This document shows positions 46,274-48,288 of a stretch of 48,288 nucleotides of DNA, in pieces. Position 1 is the stretch's first letter. Each line of letters begins with the position of its first letter. The stretch is taken from the sequence record NZ_CP009216.1; one strand, 5' to 3'. A program made the position numbers and the translations under genes. The notes under the pieces are model-generated. The model made no database searches and had not been told where the DNA came from. It saw only the letters and a program-made list of their open reading frames with translations. This DNA is from a plasmid.

Positions 46274-46733
46274 GCACCTACCGGAGCGCATGAAGCCGGG
46301 TGCGCGGCAGGTGCGTGACTGGGCGCGCACCGTCGGTCCCGCACTTCTTATCCTCGGTGTGGGCGCGGTAGCTCGCGGCATCTCCTACACCCCGTTGCTC
46401 ATGTCGGAGCATGCGCGGCAAGCGCATCCGGTAGAGGGAACATTGCCCATGTCGGTGTGGGCGTGGGTGTGGATTATCGCCGGGGTGGCTGCGATAGTGG
46501 CGGCGTGGTGGCCGCGTGCCGCCCCCGTGGCGGTTGGTGCCTGCGTCGGCTTGAACCTGCTGTGGGGCGCGTCGTTTATCGCGGACGCGATTGCGAAGGG
46601 CGCCGTGCGTGGTTGGCTACCCGCAGTCGGCTACCTGTCCATCGCAGCCCTCGTCCTGTGGGCCGTGTGGTTCGGTAGTCGTGAGCCGACGGTGAGCAGG
46701 GAGGAGATCGCTTGTGAGCTTCGACGTGAATAG
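46263..46733 (+). CDS. membrane protein with 4 predicted TM segments (156 aa)
   Basis: Hydrophobic stretches LLILGVGAVA, VWAWVWIIAGVAAIVAAWW, VAVGACVGLNLLW and VGYLSIAALVLWAVWF. Confidence 0.55.
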   Translation: MPIEHLPERMKPGARQVRDWARTVGPALLILGVGAVARGISYTPLLMSEHARQAHPVEGTLPMSVWAWVWIIAGVAAIVAAWWPRAAPVAVGACVGLNLLWGASFIADAIAKGAVRGWLPAVGYLSIAALVLWAVWFGSREPTVSREEIACELRRE

Positions 46734-47019
46734 CGTCGCCCCCATCATCATTGCTGTAGTCACAGCGCTAGGTGCGTACGCGGGCACGAAGGTGACTACA
46801 AAGGCGCAGAAGGAGGCCGCGGAGCCCGCGAACTGGCAGACGTTGACCACGGAGATGAAATCCTTCTTCAAAGAACAGCTGGCGGAGCGCGACAACCGCA
46901 TTGACGCCCTTGAGTGCGAGCTGGACGCCACCCGCGCCTACATCGACCACCTCTCCACCATTCCCGAATTCAAAGACCCACCATTCCCCAGCTTCAACAA
47001 GTGGCGCGCCTGCCGCTAA
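46714..47019 (+). CDS. small membrane protein with an N-terminal TM and a C-terminal coiled coil (holin/spanin-like)
   Basis: VAPIIIAVVTALGAYAGT TM segment. Confidence 0.5.
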   Translation: MSFDVNSVAPIIIAVVTALGAYAGTKVTTKAQKEAAEPANWQTLTTEMKSFFKEQLAERDNRIDALECELDATRAYIDHLSTIPEFKDPPFPSFNKWRACR

Positions 47020-47066
47020 CCCACCTGGCCCCCATTCTGGCTATGCGCCAAGGTGGGGTCTTTTTA
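47020..47066 (+). terminator. rho-independent terminator CCCACCTGG-...-CCAAGGTGGG then GTCTTTTTA
   Basis: A 9-10-bp stem plus a T tract at the end of the lysis cassette. A second hairpin GCCCCGCGTTAGCGGGGTTTTC lies at about 47143-47165. Confidence 0.5.
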
Positions 47067-47165
47067 CGTTTGTGGGGTGTGCTACATTCTGGGTGTTCCC
47101 CGCCTTGCGGGGGTGAGCCGTAGTACAAAGGCGGCTTCTTTCTGCCCCGCGTTAGCGGGGTTTTC

Positions 47166-47612
47166 TTATTTCACCCAGCGCTGCACCGTGGACGGGGTGC
47201 GACCGCACAGCTTCGCCACCTGGTACGCAGTCACGTCGTACGACATAGCGTCGCGCACCCACTCCGTGCGGGCGTCTTTCAGCTCCGTGGTGACCGCTTC
47301 GAGCTCGCGCACCTGGTCGTCGGACCACTTAATCTGGGCCATGTAGACGGCCTGGTGGTAACCGTCGCGCCCAGCCCGCGCCTTAGCGAGCGCGTCCGCA
47401 AACAGGCTTTCCACCCACACGCGCTGCTCCGGTGCAAGCTCGGACATGGCATTGTCGTAGTCGGCTTCCGACGCGGCCAAGCTCTCGCGTGCGGAGCGCA
47501 GTGCCACGGCGTTACCGCCGGCGACCTCCGCGCCCACAGCCTTAGCCGCCAAGCCGATGAGGATGATCTTCTCGCCAATGTGGGAGAGGGTATCCGGGCT
47601 GATGATTTGCAC
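47166..47612 (-). CDS. hypothetical protein with a C-terminal HTH (148 aa); second gene of the right-end - strand operon
   Basis: C-terminal YQVAKLCGRTPSTVQRWVK HTH. GTG start overlapping the upstream stop. Confidence 0.55.
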   Translation of the reverse strand: MQIISPDTLSHIGEKIILIGLAAKAVGAEVAGGNAVALRSARESLAASEADYDNAMSELAPEQRVWVESLFADALAKARAGRDGYHQAVYMAQIKWSDDQVRELEAVTTELKDARTEWVRDAMSYDVTAYQVAKLCGRTPSTVQRWVK

Positions 47613-47614
47613 GG

Positions 47615-48031
47615 CTAGTTCTCCTGCTCGAAGTAGCTGGCGACCTGCTCTGCGGCCTTCGGGATTTCCCGGTCGCGGAACTCGCGCATGAACGCCTCCA
47701 CCTCGCCTAGGCGGCCCGCGTCTGCGAGTTTCGGCAGAATGTTCATGCGTTCGCGGCGGGTTTTGTTTTCGAGGAAGTGCGCGTACATCTGCTTCGAGGA
47801 GTCGTAGTCTAGTCCGTGGTGCTCGGCGCGGATGCGGTCGGCGAGGCGGGGGTTGATGACGTCGAGCAGCTCAAGCTTTGCGATTGCTCGGCTGTGGTGG
47901 ATGTCCATGATGTTGGTGTAGGCGTCCCAGGATTCGTCGTCTTTGTAGTCGCGGAGGATGTCGAGGTGGGTTGCGTAGATGCTGTTTTCGAGGATCTGGG
48001 TGGTGATGGTGATGATCTGTTGGCGGTTCAT
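47615..48031 (-). CDS. hypothetical all-alpha protein (138 aa from MNRQQ; the track alternative start at 48082 lies inside the palindrome)
   Basis: AAGGAGACACC-ATG RBS at the 48031 start. Confidence 0.5.
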   Translation of the reverse strand: MNRQQIITITTQILENSIYATHLDILRDYKDDESWDAYTNIMDIHHSRAIAKLELLDVINPRLADRIRAEHHGLDYDSSKQMYAHFLENKTRRERMNILPKLADAGRLGEVEAFMREFRDREIPKAAEQVASYFEQEN

Positions 48032-48077
48032 GGTGTCTCCTTGTGGGGGCTGTTCTTTGCTTGTGAATCCATTATGA

Positions 48078-48103
48078 CGCATTGCGCACTAGTATGCAAT
48101 GCG
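48078..48103. promoter_or_regulatory. 26-bp quasi-palindrome CGCATTGCgcACTAGTatGCAATGCG followed by TACTAGTGTAG; candidate operator/promoter of the - strand operon
   Basis: 8-bp perfect outer arms and an ACTAGT centre. It shares a CACTAGTA core with the int-xis palindrome at 1394-1415. Confidence 0.4.
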
Positions 48104-48288
48104 TACTAGTGTAGGGGTAGGAAACGGGGGTGACGCCAACGCCCGCGGGTCACTGTCGCGTCACTTTCCACAGTGACAGCACAGTGAGGAAAGTGACACC
48201 GCAATTACGGCGGGAGGTCTGGAGGTTGGGGGAAAGTTGAGGGAACGTACCTTCTTCCCCTGGTGAATATGCCGGTGGGCGGGGTGTC

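Overview
Almost the whole window is one temperate siphovirus-type prophage of a high-GC (about 65%) actinobacterium, integrated at the 3' end of a host tRNA gene. Position 1-23 is the tRNA tail, so this is attL; attR lies beyond the window. The gene order on the + strand is: tyrosine integrase, excisionase-like HTH, a divergent XRE-type repressor (- strand), then a long early operon. The early operon encodes a RecA-like/Sak4-like ATPase, an HNH nuclease, a wHTH protein plus an iteron-containing replication initiator, SSB, a low-GC lipoprotein moron, a Bro-N/KilAC antirepressor, WhiB, RusA, many small ORFs, ThyX, an orphan NrdF and a dUTPase. The late region follows: ParB-like nuclease, TerS, TerL, portal, MuF-like protein, scaffold, major capsid, connector proteins, major tail, G/G-T chaperones with a canonical -1 slippery heptamer, a 2375-aa tape measure with an embedded NlpC/P60 domain, five minor tail proteins, and an M23+GH25 endolysin with three membrane proteins. 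A two-gene - strand operon with a palindromic operator sits at the right end. The most unusual feature is a dense set of repeated, structured non-coding signals in the early region. (1) An invariant-loop CTGCAA hairpin with covarying GC stems lies immediately 5' of the RBS of eight genes. (2) A family of GC hairpin + CGGGCAC + CAGGG elements follows the genes that precede them. (3) Three paralogous AT-rich TTGAC(A/T)-type promoter/operator boxes are present. (4) A 20-nt gene-junction cassette is reused at three boundaries, next to a tandem paralog pair. All coordinates are read by eye from the sequence and may be off by 1-2 nt. Domain calls rest on motif recognition, not database searches.
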